Shown here piece after piece: positions 45,888-60,800 of a stretch of DNA of 64,000 nucleotides. The notes beneath the pieces were generated by a model, which worked only from the letters and a program-made list of their open reading frames with translations, was not told where the DNA came from and searched no databases. A program made the position numbers and the translations under genes. Position 1 is the stretch's first letter. Every line of letters begins with the position of its first letter. Source of the DNA: Trichoplax adhaerens (Eukaryota; Animalia; Placozoa); contig NW_002060944.1 of assembly GCF_000150275.1 (NCBI RefSeq), forward strand, positions 3,324,152-3,388,151, in the 5' to 3' direction.

Positions 45888-48800
45888 ATGGTATTTGAAA
45901 CACTCGTTGCCAACTTGTTGAACAAGTACTTGGGCGAATTTGTGGTCAACTTAGACAAATCTCAACTCAATATAGGAATCTGGGGAGGTTAGATTGATTC
46001 TTCAAGTCTACCGTCAATCATCTATTGCTAGTCAACACCAAAATAGAAACTACTTCTGTAGAGACAGTAGTCACTCCCAAAATAGGCCAAAGTATTTCTT
46101 CTTTCCGTTATGGATCGCTATGGGGAAAATCATAGCTGTACAAGAGTGAAAAATTGTTAAAATGCAATAAGAATGTCGTCAGTCATCTCCATTGCAAGAA
46201 TTTCCTCACTCTTATGAAAGCCACTATTGATAGAATTGTATCGTATCACAGACTGTATGAAAGACTTAATCCATATTGTAAAGTTGATTTGATTTGAGGA
46301 TGGTAATGCCCTTATTGACAACTAAAGCAGATATTTATATTACTTATTGTATACCAGTTGATTAATGCAAGTAGTACGTTGCAAGGTTGATAATGATCTA
46401 GAACAGTAGCTCTTCTTAACATGTAAAATAGCAGCATGTGACTAAAATGGAAGAAATATCTTGTCAACAACTTGCTGTATATGGATAGATGTGGAGGTTT
46501 TCTTAAATACAAAATACTGTACAGTAGGTGTCAAAGGTAGTTGTAGTGTGCAGTATAGCTGTGCATCTATCGACGCCATGCATTCTGCATACAACTGTAG
46601 ATTACTCTCTTGATGATGCAGCCCCAATTTTTTTTTTTGGACCCTTATAGAATATCTTAGGCGTTTTGTACAGGATTATTCTTAAAGTAGTAGCCATTGA
46701 CAAGCTTTAGTACTAAATCGATCGGTATTACTTTCCTATGTTATTTCATACTATCATCATGGGCGCTAGTAAACGGTACAATTTCTTCACTGAATAAATT
46801 CACGAATGCTGGCTGTATTTACCAATAATTATAAATCGTGGCATAGGTGTACCATGTACATACAGTCTTGATGATTTTTCTTACTAGTTCTAAAGAATGC
46901 TTTACCCCAATGTATTGAATCCTACCGACGTAATTCTATTTGTAGTAATCTTAAATTAAAGATGCTCAAGCATTGATATCACTACAGCGGCCTAATAATA
47001 CTCTACGCTAGTAGGCTTAACGTACGTTTTATAAGTGGATGAATTCAATTAAAAAGAGAATCCCCAATTAATACTCTTTAAGGCGTTATACGACGTATTC
47101 TCATAATATCACAATTTTGGGGCACACTTACTATCCCATCACGTCTGAACCATTTATTCCTGATTTACTATTTTCGTATTTCGTATTTCACTTTCAAAAT
47201 AATTCAGCAAATATCAGTCATTACTGCACAAAATACTATTTCCTCTTACAATCACGTAATAGTGTGCTATGACCTAGATGGCTAAGGTAAATAACATATA
47301 TATTAATTATTTGCAGGCGATGTGGAATTGGAAAACTTGCAATTACGCGATGGAGCGCTTGTAAGTAATTTGTTAGATGGCAAGCTTTAGTTACGTATTA
47401 CTTCACAGCACACCAACACTATTGAAGTATGCATCATCTACTGTACGTTGATGCACTTTTACATGGTAAAAGCTATCCCAGCAGGAAATCTAAACAATAC
47501 CATAAATAGTTTTGATTATCATAAAAAAGAAACAGAACAATAATGCTTTTAGTTGGTACGATGTACCAAAATCTTACGATTGACTACAGCATTAAACTAT
47601 GTGATTTATATCAATTAAAATGATTATGGCTATTACGAAATACAGAATAACCGGATGCAACACAGTGATTAGCACTTCTAGCGGTCAGAAATAATAGAAA
47701 CTGATCTTACTTTTACAGTCGTTTCCTAAAATAGAAAAATTAATTTAGATTGCATTCTAAATACTAAATTCATCATTAACTTCGATGCCAATCATGTTAT
47801 AATCTTGTCATGCAACTTTATAACGGTGCTATATGAATTATCAACAATAAAACAATCACTGTATAGCCTGATTAGGCCTAAATTCTGTGTATAATAGACA
47901 GTGCGTGATATCCACTATGCTCTGCTACTTAGTTGATACTGATATATGGTGCCGATATACATACAGTATGTCAAATTTTTAATCTCTACTGTAACCGTAC
48001 TTACGTACGCGTATATCTTATAATAAATAGGATAAATTCAATTTGCCTATTCGTGTTCACAAGGGATTCTTACGTAAGTTTTGATAGATTTAATTATACC
48101 TCTTTCAGTTCTATGATAGCGTAAATTTGAAGATTTCATCGCCTATGGTTATAAAATGATCTTTATTTTAGTTAACTGCATTCTCTACTAGTATAGTATT
48201 ATACATATCGCTATAAGAAATGACCTACTTATTATTTATTTATAATGGTCATTAGCTAATGGATTCTAATTTTTACTAATCTAGCTGTGTATAGTCGTAC
48301 TCGGGTTTACGTCTTGTATTCTTTACTAACATTATTAAGCAAAATCTCTCGTGATATTTACTTTATGGCTCTCACAGATAAGTTGGTACTGAAAGTACCG
48401 TGGAAGAATTTATATTCTCAGGCTGCAACGGCTACTATTGATGGTCTTTATATACTCGCTGGGCCAAGAACTGGTAATGAATACAGCAGTCTAGCTATTA
48501 CGATATTTTCTTTGCTGTTCAAAATACCCAAATTTCTATATACAACACCCATTTTTTTATCAAGATAAATTCCTACATACTTTTTTTAGATTTTGCATAT
48601 GATAGCGAGCAAGAACGAAAAAATAAGCGTAAAGAAAAGCTTGCTCAACTTGAAAACCTAGAAAAAAGTCAAACTTCTAGTGAGTATACAGTATGCTATT
48701 CAAATTACCTTCAATATTACCTAATTCAATTTATAACCACTCTACCTGCAATATTTGGCAAAAATTAAAGCAGAACTACTAGATAAGTCTATTGGCGATA

Positions 48801-51800
48801 TATTTTCACTATTAGCTGTAATTATTGTGTCCTAACGTTAAACTTAATATATTCGTATAATGTTGAAGGTCTAATGTACTAATACATATTATTAAATTAA
48901 ATTAAATATAGAATCTGATGATAAAGAGTCCTTTGCTGAGAAGTTGGGTACTTTAGTTGTCAAAAATTTACAGGTATGCTCTTCGTAAGCTAGCATGACG
49001 CAATTATTACCATTTAAGAAACTATACACTGAATTCTTATGCTTTACTATCGACACTTTTTATCGCAGATCTTTATTCGTTCTGTACACATAAGATATGA
49101 AGATAATGTAAGAAAATTTATTATTACTGGCCGTAAAATTAAAATTTTTATTTGTTTCCAAGATTAATGCGCACTTCATACGTTATTATATTATAGATTA
49201 GCGACGTAGATGTTCCACTTGCTTTTGGAATCACTTTGGAAAATCTCTCTGCTGAGGTAAATTTTAATAATAAGATATCAAACGATAGAACCATCATCGT
49301 CTATATTATATATTTTACCTCTATGATCTATGTTTTAAAACAGAATCTTATAATTACACCTATTTTATTATACTGTACGCACATAATAGACAACAAATGA
49401 TAATTGGAACCCTGCTTTTATGAACGATGATAATCCATTCATATTCAAGGTAATTAAATCTCGGTATGGTGCGATGACACTGTATAACCCGGTGATCACC
49501 CAGATTAGATATCATTTGTATATGAAAGGCAGTCTATACAAATTTACTTACGTGATGAAGGACTAAAATTGCAATTGTGCTTGTTTACAGTTTGTTCGAT
49601 TGGATAATCTAGACATTTATTGGGATTTACATGCAAAGTCTTTTCAATCACTGAATGAATCGTCTTTTCTGGTAAAGGCATACACTATTGTGATTTATTT
49701 TGATGTAGCACTCAAAGTTAGATTTGTATAATTCCTTAAATGTGCTGCTACATCAACATACGAGTATTAAATAATAATATATATATGCTTGTAACATCGT
49801 GTAATTACTTAGAGCGAGATGAAAAACCGAATAATGCCAACAGGAAGTCTAGCTAGCGAAATTCAATACAGTTCGTATTTTATTTTGTATTTTTTCTGAA
49901 AATATGGACAAGTTTTCTATCTCTTATTAAGAAGTGTTTTTTATAATTACATAAAGTCATCCACCCAATTAATGCTCACTTAAAGCTGAAGATCAATTCT
50001 AAACCAAAAAAGAATGAAACCGTACCCAAAGTATGTTTAATTTTACCGGTTGTTTTCATTACAACTTAAAATTTGTTATCATTGACACAAATATCAAAAA
50101 TAATAAGTAGAAGAGTTTATCACATACCTATATGCATATTAATTAGTCAAAATAATCTTTTTCTAAACGTAGATAACAAATTTATTGCACTGCTATTCTG
50201 TGGTTGTGTCTCTTACTAAGATGCAGGTATGTTAACAGTATGAAAGTAATATTATAACAGCAAAGTATGCTAGATTAAATATTGGATGGCTCTTATTTAA
50301 ATTAGTACGAAAGTATATTGAAATGGCTACAGCTACAAGAGCTTTTAATGCAAAAACGAAAATACACTAAATACCGCCCAAATTACCCACTACACCGCAA
50401 CGCATCAAAATGGTAAAAAACATGGAAAACGTTATGTTTTATGCCTTGCTAAATAACATTTATACTTTAACTACGTTTATTACTGCCTTGTGTATATTAT
50501 TTTCATGGGAGTACAGGTGGAAATTTGCTTACAATTGCATTACAAATGAAGATTTACAGATAAGTTCAACTTATTCATGGAACAGAATCTTCGAATATAG
50601 GTATGTATATATATATCAAAGCCCTAGTACATTTTAGAAAGCTGCTATTTCGTTTTTACACATCTTAAGTTTGATAACATTCTCAAGTCTATTCATATAT
50701 AATATCTTATACACTCTGTAGGCAGGCCAGAAAAGCTTACGAAAGAAAATATTTGGCGTCGTTATCGCAGAAGAAACCTCCCGAGAGTTTAGTGAAAGAG
50801 TTAGAGGTAAAATTCATGACACCTCCAAGATACCAATAAGATATACTCATATGGTAGACTTCGTTGAGTATGATGGCTTAATTCTAAGTCAATAACTATA
50901 AACTAATAATAACAGGAATTAGAGGATATCCTCGATATGGGCTGTATTGCAATTATTAGAAGAAAAATGGAAAGAAAGGTAACAAATCCTACAATATTGC
51001 GTTGAATATTATTGTAAAGTTAGGATACATTTTTTATAGTTATCGACCATGATTAAGTGTAATGTCATAACTGTCTAATTAGATGAATATATCGCGTGGA
51101 AGTAGTAAGCAAAAGAATTCTGGTTGGTTTTCGAGCATATTTGGTTCTTCAAGCAAAGATAATAAAGAGAAGAAGACGAATTCACTAGGTTAGCAGTGTA
51201 GATACTCTAGAAATTTTATGAGATATTCTTTTCTGATGTCATTCAACTGCTTTCACGGCTCAAAATATAATTATAGGATTATCAGATCAAGAATTACAGG
51301 AATTACGCCGAGCGATTGATTTCAACTCTAGTGAATCCACGGATCCTACATCGAAAGAGGTAGATATCGACACCGATTAATTAGTTTGTTGATACTGAGA
51401 TTACTACTGTATTATCTTACTAACGAGTAATACGCAGCCAGATGACAATGTGCGACGCTATTAATCATTGAATGGAATCGTTTCTTATTTAAAACCTTTA
51501 CAGTATATTGACTTTAAATTGACTCTAAGCCTCGAAAATTATAAAATGGACTTAAAAGACGGAAAAAGGTAGGACAAAATGATCATATCGATAAATAAAT
51601 AGGATACTGTTCTGCTAACCCTTCTCGTCAGGAGCTAAGTAAAACTTTTAAAAAATTTGGCCCATTTAAAAGCTTGATTGCTTCCTATTACTGCATTTAC
51701 AGAAATATTCTTAAAGTAGCCGTGACCGATATAGCTGCTGATGTGGCTAGGAGACCTGTTAAAAATGGAATTAGGTAAACCATTTGGAAGCCAAGCCTAT

Positions 51801-54800
51801 CTACAAGTAGTTTGAAAACACTTTTAATACGTGCAAATATTTTCATCTAATGTTTCGTAAACATATTGGTTTCGTTAGTGTATGCGCTAGCCTTCAACAT
51901 TTTAACGTTCTGGGATCCGAACGAAACGGTTTTGAGCCCTGTATTATCCAACCTCAGCCTGTTACCGATTCATCTACAGGTAATTGCAGTCTTGAAGCTA
52001 GATTTTGATAGCTTTAATCTGAAATTTATTTTTGAATTCTAGGTGGATGTTTTAGTGTCTTATTTGAAAAGTATCCATTAGAGAGTGTTGCAGACCAGAA
52101 GATTACCATTCAAGCGCCTTCCGTTGAAATCTGGTTCGATACTGTAAGATTAAATGAAATAAAACTGGTGTTTTCTTATCTAAAAATCTGCTAATAGTTA
52201 GATGATTTCTTTGCTGATAAACTTTATTACTTTCTGAAGATATCTGCCCTTGCCGTAAAAGAATTCTTCGTTAGACCACGAGATGTAGAAATTGAACAGT
52301 TCGTATTTGTAATAGATATACATATTTTTTAAATAGTGCACCTGCGATATACGATAGCACTATTTGTTAACGGTTATTATAAATTCATATCAGCCAATAG
52401 GTTATGAGTGATCATTTATCTATATCTTAATCTTCTACTGCAGGTTATCGCACGCAGCTAGCTATGCTATCCAAAAACTCAAAGATAATACCAAAAAGAG
52501 TATTACTGCTGCTGTAAAAGATAAAGCGGTAACGTCTATTTGCAATATATTTTATTGCATACCGCCAGCCACCTTGAGATAGCTATTCATTAATAATGAA
52601 ATTTATCTAAACAATTACATCTTAATACTTACAATTATTATGTATCACTTTACAATATTCAGATTTTAGATATTGATGTAAAGATATCTTCAACTTATGT
52701 TGTTGTACCTTCCAATGTTGATCTTAGAAGGTAAGTAATCTAATTTTATATTTCGTAGATTAATTATGACTCATTTAGTCACATATTTAATTTTGGAATT
52801 CAGTCCTACTAACAATCTCTTGATCGCTGACCTTGGCTCACTACAAGTAAAGAGTGATTTATCACTTGTACATCAGGTAGACTCTTCATAGGTCTCTTTT
52901 TTAATTGTATAATCGTTCGTATCCTTACAATATTTTTATCCCATTAATTTCAAAGCCTGACAAGAACTGCGACAGATTCTCAGTTGGCATGCAGAATATT
53001 CAGATTTTGTTGGCGAATAAAGGTGATTATATTCGATTGTCCTACGAGATCTTGCGGTTAATACTGTTATTTCTTTTGAAGAGGATGACTGGAACAATAT
53101 CCGTAAAGCTTCATTGGCAACAAAGTTGCATATACTATTTCCCTCAAATATAGCATTAACTATAGAGAAGTCGCTTCAGGAAGAATCTGCTGATATACCA
53201 GAGTAAGCAACAAAGTATAAATGCGACCCTATTGACTACATAACAATAACTAGCCGATTAATTGCTGCATTTGATTGATTATTTAATCATTATCGGATGT
53301 TACAGAGTGGAAATATCGGGCACTTTATCAAAATTAGCAGTATCAGTTTCAGATAAAAAGTTACTAACAATGTTAAAGGTACCTTTTTGGTTATAATGAT
53401 GGCTTGTTCATATTTTAGTATTATACGGTATTGATCATCCTTAATTCCATCAAGCATTAATAATTATTGTATTTATTCAGCTCGCTGATAGCGTAAATGC
53501 CAGAATGCAACCAATTTTATCGGGAATGCCTGAGTCTAAGGTAAATGTCTATTTTAAAATGTTTCTTTCCTTAATTGCTGAAGATATGCTTTGTTATCGT
53601 ACCTCTTAATTGACTGAAATTTTAACTCATGATAGTTCTTATTACAAAGGAATATGTTTTGTAAAATTCTGCCATCTAATTATTATGCTGTTAAAGGTAA
53701 AATTGTAATACTTATAAAAAATGCTTTAGAAAATATCACCTATAACATCCACAAAAAAGAAAGGTAATGCCTTAATACATGAACTTGGAAGCCATATTAA
53801 AGAAATCAAATCTTTTATGGAGGAAGACAAAGGTAGTCCGCAAATATAAGCGGTGCTATCACCAGCTATAAATTCCTAATGCTTTAATTAATTGTTAATT
53901 GTAATAGTTAGTGAAAACGAAGATGAATTTTATTCAGCTAGCGACTGTGAAGATAGTAGGTTAGTAGTTATTCGATCTTTGACTCTAAGTAAGGTGTGCT
54001 TATAATTTATCGTAAACTTTTCAATCGCATTAAATTTTTTAATTTTATTTACTGCAGTACTGAAATTTATCAAGATATAAATAAAACGAAAGTGCAGCTT
54101 CAGTTTGTAATTGAAGAGGTAATTTTATTAAATCTGTACCTCAACATTTAGTGAGTAACAGCGATGAAAAATATCACCACATCTGAAATAATATTGCTAT
54201 TATGTGATTAAGATTACGTTAAAGTAACTATAAATCAACTTTGTATAGATACACTTAGACATATTTGAGACGAAAGAAGCAGTTGGTGAACTTCACGTTC
54301 TAGCGATACACTTTCAACAAATGGAAAGTGGTTTTACACTAAGAAAATACGATCTAAATGTGACTGGTGGATTAAAAGGATTTTCAATTATGGATCCGAA
54401 CTTTAATGATGGTATGCAGAGCCATTCTTTAATTTAATATCATGTATTTAATAAAAGTATTACACTTATACGAAGACGTTGTCTCCGGTAGTGAGAACCG
54501 TGCAGGCCGTCTTTCGATATGACCAAATACAATCGTAATTATGAAATTTTTTCAGACAAAGGGTTACCGCTGCAGCTATTAGATGCATCAACGTGCACAG
54601 AAAATTCTAACCTCTTAAGTTTTAAATACATTAAGGTGAATTAAAAATTAATTTGTTTTTATGTAGGAATAAAATATACGATGTGATCTGCCACCCTAAA
54701 TTTAGACTTATCTCCTATTCATTAATTAAAATTCAGCCTGCACTGCAAATTTTCTAAGAATACATCAATTTCTCTGATATTACCATTTTAGATTACGTCT

Positions 54801-57800
54801 CCTGCTTCGGAATTATACAAAAGAGATCAAATACGACAGTCTGTTGTCCTTGAACTTAATTGTGTAACTTCTAATTTACATTACGAAGAACTAGCCAGTG
54901 TTATCCACTTCTTTAACAATCTTGCTGAAGATAGGTAAAACTGATGGAAACGGGTATAAAAATATTCTTTTACGTAAACTGATGTTTGTATATTCAGCTC
55001 GCTTTTCCGACAATAATACTCATTATAGTCAAGAAATTATGGCTAAAAAAGGAAAAGAAATGGCCTATAATTCTAGCGAAAATGACACGAAATCGATAAT
55101 TCCAAGTTAGTGCGATAGTATATTTATACTGTAAGATGCTGCTTTACAATGTTGGCCTTAATATTAGCAATTGTTCCTGAGATGCCTTACATAGTTTTAC
55201 GTAACTAGACATGAAAACGAATACTTGAGTAGAATATTTTGGACAGCCTATTAAAACTGACAGATATCGTATTTATAATGTATTTGTAGGTGAAGATCAA
55301 GATATCATTAAAAAAACCGATCCATTTACTGAAACAGATTGCCGATTAAAAGTAAAAGCCAAACTACAACTGCTACAAGTTAATATTATAGGAAAGACAG
55401 GCATGATCGCTTCTATAAAAATTGCAGGTAAAATTATATCAATGATCGATTAATGATATTGCATAGAATTTAACTAAGTAAAGCAGACTTCGATTATTGG
55501 TTATCTAGACCACGATAGTAATAATAGTACTTTAAAAAATTAATTACTCCTTTGTTTCACCTATCTAATATATTTGCATGAATTAATTACGCTTATAATC
55601 GAAGATTTCAGCTGTAACATGGATGAAAGACTAGAAGCTACACGATTATACATCGGGTAATGACTTCTACTACTATTTTTTTAAAGATCTTTGGGTAGAT
55701 TTTTAAAATGATTTGTCATATACTACCATAAAACAAATGCAATATATGATAAAATTTTACTCTACTTATAGCCTGGGCAATATACATGTTACCGACGAAA
55801 TTTCAAAGCACCGATATCGCAAGGTACAACCTTTCATGATAAATGCCTTCAAGTCTGTAATCACAAAACTTACCAACATTCTTTATAGATTATTTCCATA
55901 GACGATGATGAGACGTTATTTGCTTTAAATTTAACGCTTTATAAACATGATCAAGAACAATACTTGAAACCTGAAACTGTAGATATTGATGTAACAACAA
56001 CACTTGGTCAATCTAAAGTTGTTATTCTGCAAGGGTTCATTGTAGAAGTTGTGGTTAGTCTTTATATTACTTTAATATTTGATGGTATTACATAACGTTA
56101 AGCTTAAACCTCGCTTATTTTTGCATTTTTAAAAATACTAGAATTTTGTTAGTCACTTCCAATCGGCTATCTTGGCGCTAAAGGCCGCTAGAAAAAGGGC
56201 TCTCCAAACAGCCATGAAAACTGTAATCGACGAAAACTGTTTGCAAGATAATGTCTGTAATCTGGATTCTCAATCTACGTTTAATTTAATTGTTAGGTCA
56301 AGAATTTACGATCTCATGAAACCCGTCTTCGCTTAAATGTGTCAATGAAAGCGCCAATCTTGATTATTCCTCAATCATCGTCGAGTCATGATGCAGTCCT
56401 GATTGATCTTGGTCGTTTAACAATTAGGAATAGCTTTAAAATAGCGGATGATAGTAAAAATTACACTGACAGAATACCTATATTAGATGCTATGGAAATA
56501 AAGCTAACCGCTACAAAGTTATCCAGGTAGCAAAGCGTAAAATATTTGTATAAGCCACAACGTCTAAATTAATCGTAAAAATATTGATGCACTTAGTTTC
56601 TTGCGATCTTTTCATTAGTACCTGGCGCTTCAGTAACGAATATTGACAGTTACTTATTTTAACTTTTTGTTAGAGTATTCATGTCACTAGAGGGAGATTT
56701 TGATGTGCTTCACGAATGCAAAATTATTCCGCAAGCGGATTTAAAAATTTTAATTACTCGAAATCTATCTACCTCATGGTATGATGCTATAACTCCAATT
56801 ACGATCAATGGTGAACTGGAAGAATTTGAGGTTTATAAGATTGTCAATTTCTTACTACTATATTGCCACTTCTCGCACAATATTTATAAGAAACTGGCTG
56901 TAGATCTTTCTAGGTGACAAAGATATTGCCTTAGCGCTTGCCATTCTGGAAAATAATGTAAAGGAAGGTGTATTTCATAAAGATCCTTCGCAAGCAGATC
57001 CCACTACTGATAACGAATCTGAAAGTTTTGATCAAATTGAGGGTGAAAAATATTGGTTTTGCATTTTACTTTTCTTACATGTATTAATCAAACTTTAATT
57101 TATTCAACAGACAAACCAGCGAAAGTCAATGAAATTGCATTAGACTTCAAAGCTACAAAAATAAATTTGACGTTATATAACGAAGTTAAAACCTTGGTAA
57201 TCCAAAATATTCCTGAAAGATGACTGCTGTGTAGATTAGAGAGCTGTCATAGTTTTTCTTTACTTCATATTGTTTTGAGTAACACTACCGGTTATCTACC
57301 GTAAATTATGAACAATGCCGGTTCTATGGCGCAGTACGTTTATCATATTAATTCATTCTTTACCGAATATGAACTAATATTAGAATACTGGAGGACCGTC
57401 AGCATTTAAGCGATTATCAGAGTTTTGCTTGCTACGATTGGAATCATCTGGTTTTAGCTTACAGTTTACTGAGACTAAATCTGAAAGAATGTTAATACTC
57501 TCATTGAATAATTTTATGGTTGAAGATATGAGACCTGTACAATCAAACGGAGAAACAAGGTAAATGACAGAACAATAATTATTTCTTTCAATCTTCATCG
57601 TAAGATGGACTAAATTTTTTATTGTAATTATAGAATACTTGAGCGTTACAACGAGAAAACTGCAGCAAACGTCCCAGTTAAAGCATCAGATATGTTTAGG
57701 GTTACCTATATTAGTGATCGAGTAGAATGGACTAAAGGTAAGTCGTAACCAGTTTTTATGTGGTCCCAGAGAATTAAAAATTATCAACGCCTATAAAACA

Positions 57801-60800
57801 TTATTTCTCTATTGTTTAAATCCTACAGTGGACGTTGTAGTTGATCATTTCTGTTTCCGGGTATGTGTCGATTTTATTATGAGCCTTAAATCGTATGCAG
57901 AGTCTCTTATCGACACTGCACTGAAATTACCACGAAAGCGATCTGCATCTGATATTGTGAAGCCCTCGGATGTAAAACCTACCAATATGGAATTTAAAGT
58001 CACTGTCATGATTGTAAAACCAGAGATAATGTTAGTGTCCGATCCCTTACGCAAAGATTCGCCATATGTTAAATGTTCTGTAAGTTGGAAATTGTAGTTA
58101 AGTTTATTTTTGTACAATAGATTTTTGACTATATAAAGTCTAATAATTCACCGAATTTATAAAAAAATTTAGAGTGAAATACAATTGAATCTGCTAAAAA
58201 ATAATGAAAAGATACTTGTCGAAGCTGACATCAAAGATTCATATATGGTATCAGTTGCGTTTGGAGAAAAACGTCGACAGTATTCTATACAGGTTAAACC
58301 TGGTCTACTCTAAATTTTTTTTCTCTTTATTTCTTTACAACCTATATTTCACGTATAACCTATGTTTCCATCCTTAAAACAGGTCCTGCATCCATGCGAT
58401 ATAAAATGTAACGTTTTAATCCCATCAGATGGAAAAGGAAAAGAAATTAAAGTATCGACCGGAAAGATACTTTTTCATATATCCTCCTCGCTTATGCAAA
58501 CGCTTATTGCAGTCTCAAAAGCTCTAAGACAAAATCAGGTTATTGGAAGTGGCATTGATTTCGAATATATATCATCCATAACTGAAATTGTTCAATCAAT
58601 TTTACAGATTGAGGACGATGAGGTATCATTCCAAGAAGTTCCAGCTGATTTGTGGGAAGTAAAGAAAACTAACACAAATGATTTTGCTTATTTAATGTCA
58701 GGTACAGTATTTCGTATCGCGTAATAGAACTACACACAGACCGACTATAATGTTATTAGCGTAGCAATATTATATTTTATCAGTGATGATAATAGTATAA
58801 TATTAGTAAATTTTATATTACTGTAACACATTAGAAGAAAAGACTGTTTGTCTAGTGCATGATATTGCCGATTCCAAAACATTGTCGTTTTGTCCTCTTA
58901 CGCTGACGTTTATCTGAATATAGATGACGAAAAATCTCTCGTTTCTGTATCCAGCACAAATGATATTCAAACCTTAACAAATAAACCGGATGCCAGCCAA
59001 GTAAATGACGGTCTTAATTTTTCCGCGGTCTTTACAATTGAATGATGTGTTATAATGATTATTTCACTAACAGTTCGTATTCCAAAGTGAACAATTAAAA
59101 GTGGTTTTTGAGACATCCACTGAAGATGTTATTCTTCCACTTGTTTCGTGCTACATGACTGTAAACGCTTGTGCTAAAGACTGGGAAAATAATTTATGCT
59201 TCGACGCAGATTTAGCTCTTGAAAGTTACTACTATAACAATAGAGTTAGCGAGTGGGAACCACTAATCGAGCCTATAGAAGAAAATAGTGTCTTTAAACC
59301 GTGGACGTTGAAACTATCTGTAAGTACCTATTACAATTACATTAAGATTCTGGTAAAATAGTATGAACTAGTGTTTTTCCCTGGCTTCACTGCTGATTTT
59401 TTTTTAAATGACCAGGTTAGAAAGGGAGAAGCAAAAGCTGGTGTTGCTGATTCGACTGAAACGGATATGTATTCATATGAAACTGGTTCCCAATCTGAAA
59501 TTAGTACTACAGAATCATTCTCTGGTATTGAAAATGATGCAAAGATGACTGTTACGTTATCTTCTACTAAGACTTTACAGTTCACGGTTACTAAAACCTG
59601 TTTATCTGTCCTGAAGACGCTAGCTGATGTAAGCTTGTTCATAAAATTCAATTCAGTTGAAGTAAATTAATACTTGAGTGATGTCTACGAGTATATTAGA
59701 TAAGAAAACTTTATATTTATTTAGTGTACATTAAGCACACAAAGTGTATCACAAGTTACTGCATGCACAATGGTACGGTGTATTTATGAAACTATCACGA
59801 TTAAAATAGGATCTAACAGGCTCAAAATCATGGGGAGCGTCTTTGGATGAAAATACCAGAAAACAAGCTGAAGGAATAGAATTAAGAAATCTGACGGGTT
59901 TCAATGCGACGATTACGCCTGGCTATGCATTTGATAGAAAATTTGAAAAATTTACTTTACTTGACAAAGGAAGCGAATTTCTATCACTTAGAGAATCATT
60001 TGTTAGAGTTGAAGGCGATAAAGTAATTAATCAAAGGACTGTTTATCTGCAACCAGAAAGAACAGTGTTCGCTGATAAAGTCATGCTTACTTGCAAGGTC
60101 ATTTTAATGAAGATAATGCTACATATTTCAATATTTAACAGTAATAATAGGTCATAACTGAATAACTGTATATTTGTGGTAAATTATATAATTAGGTAAA
60201 CAAGTATGCAGAATTATGCGACATCCCCGTAGCTAGGGCCGGTAAACAACTTTTTGGTATTAAACGGGTAAAAGATGGAATAATGTCCTTAGTACTAGAT
60301 ACGGAAGTTATTGGGAACCGAAAAATTGTTACAATCCGCTCTTCATTACAAGTAACTTATTTTGAAATTACTCTGAAAATTATACGGATAACGAGGTTGT
60401 TACGCCTCATTCTAACTGAAACAATGTGCGATTTAGGTTAAGAATTCTCTCGAATTTGCAATTCAATTATATTCGTCCGAAGATCGCCAACTTCACCACT
60501 TAGCGACTATTCATCCAAATGATATCGCAAGTGTTCCATTATCCGCTACATATGACAGTAAGCTATTCATAACACCTATAGTTGACGGCATTCTTTTCAA
60601 TAGTCACAAAGAACCTGTAGACTGGAAAGTATTATATGCCATGAAAGCTCAAGATTCTAGTCGAAAAGCTAGTAAAGTTTATCTTTGCAAATCGGACAGT
60701 GGTCATCAATTTGTCTTTAAGGCAAGTAGTTTAACTCCTTAGTAAAATAGAAATGTACATATTGTAAGTGAATTCTTTACCGATCAGCCGCTGTAGGTCA

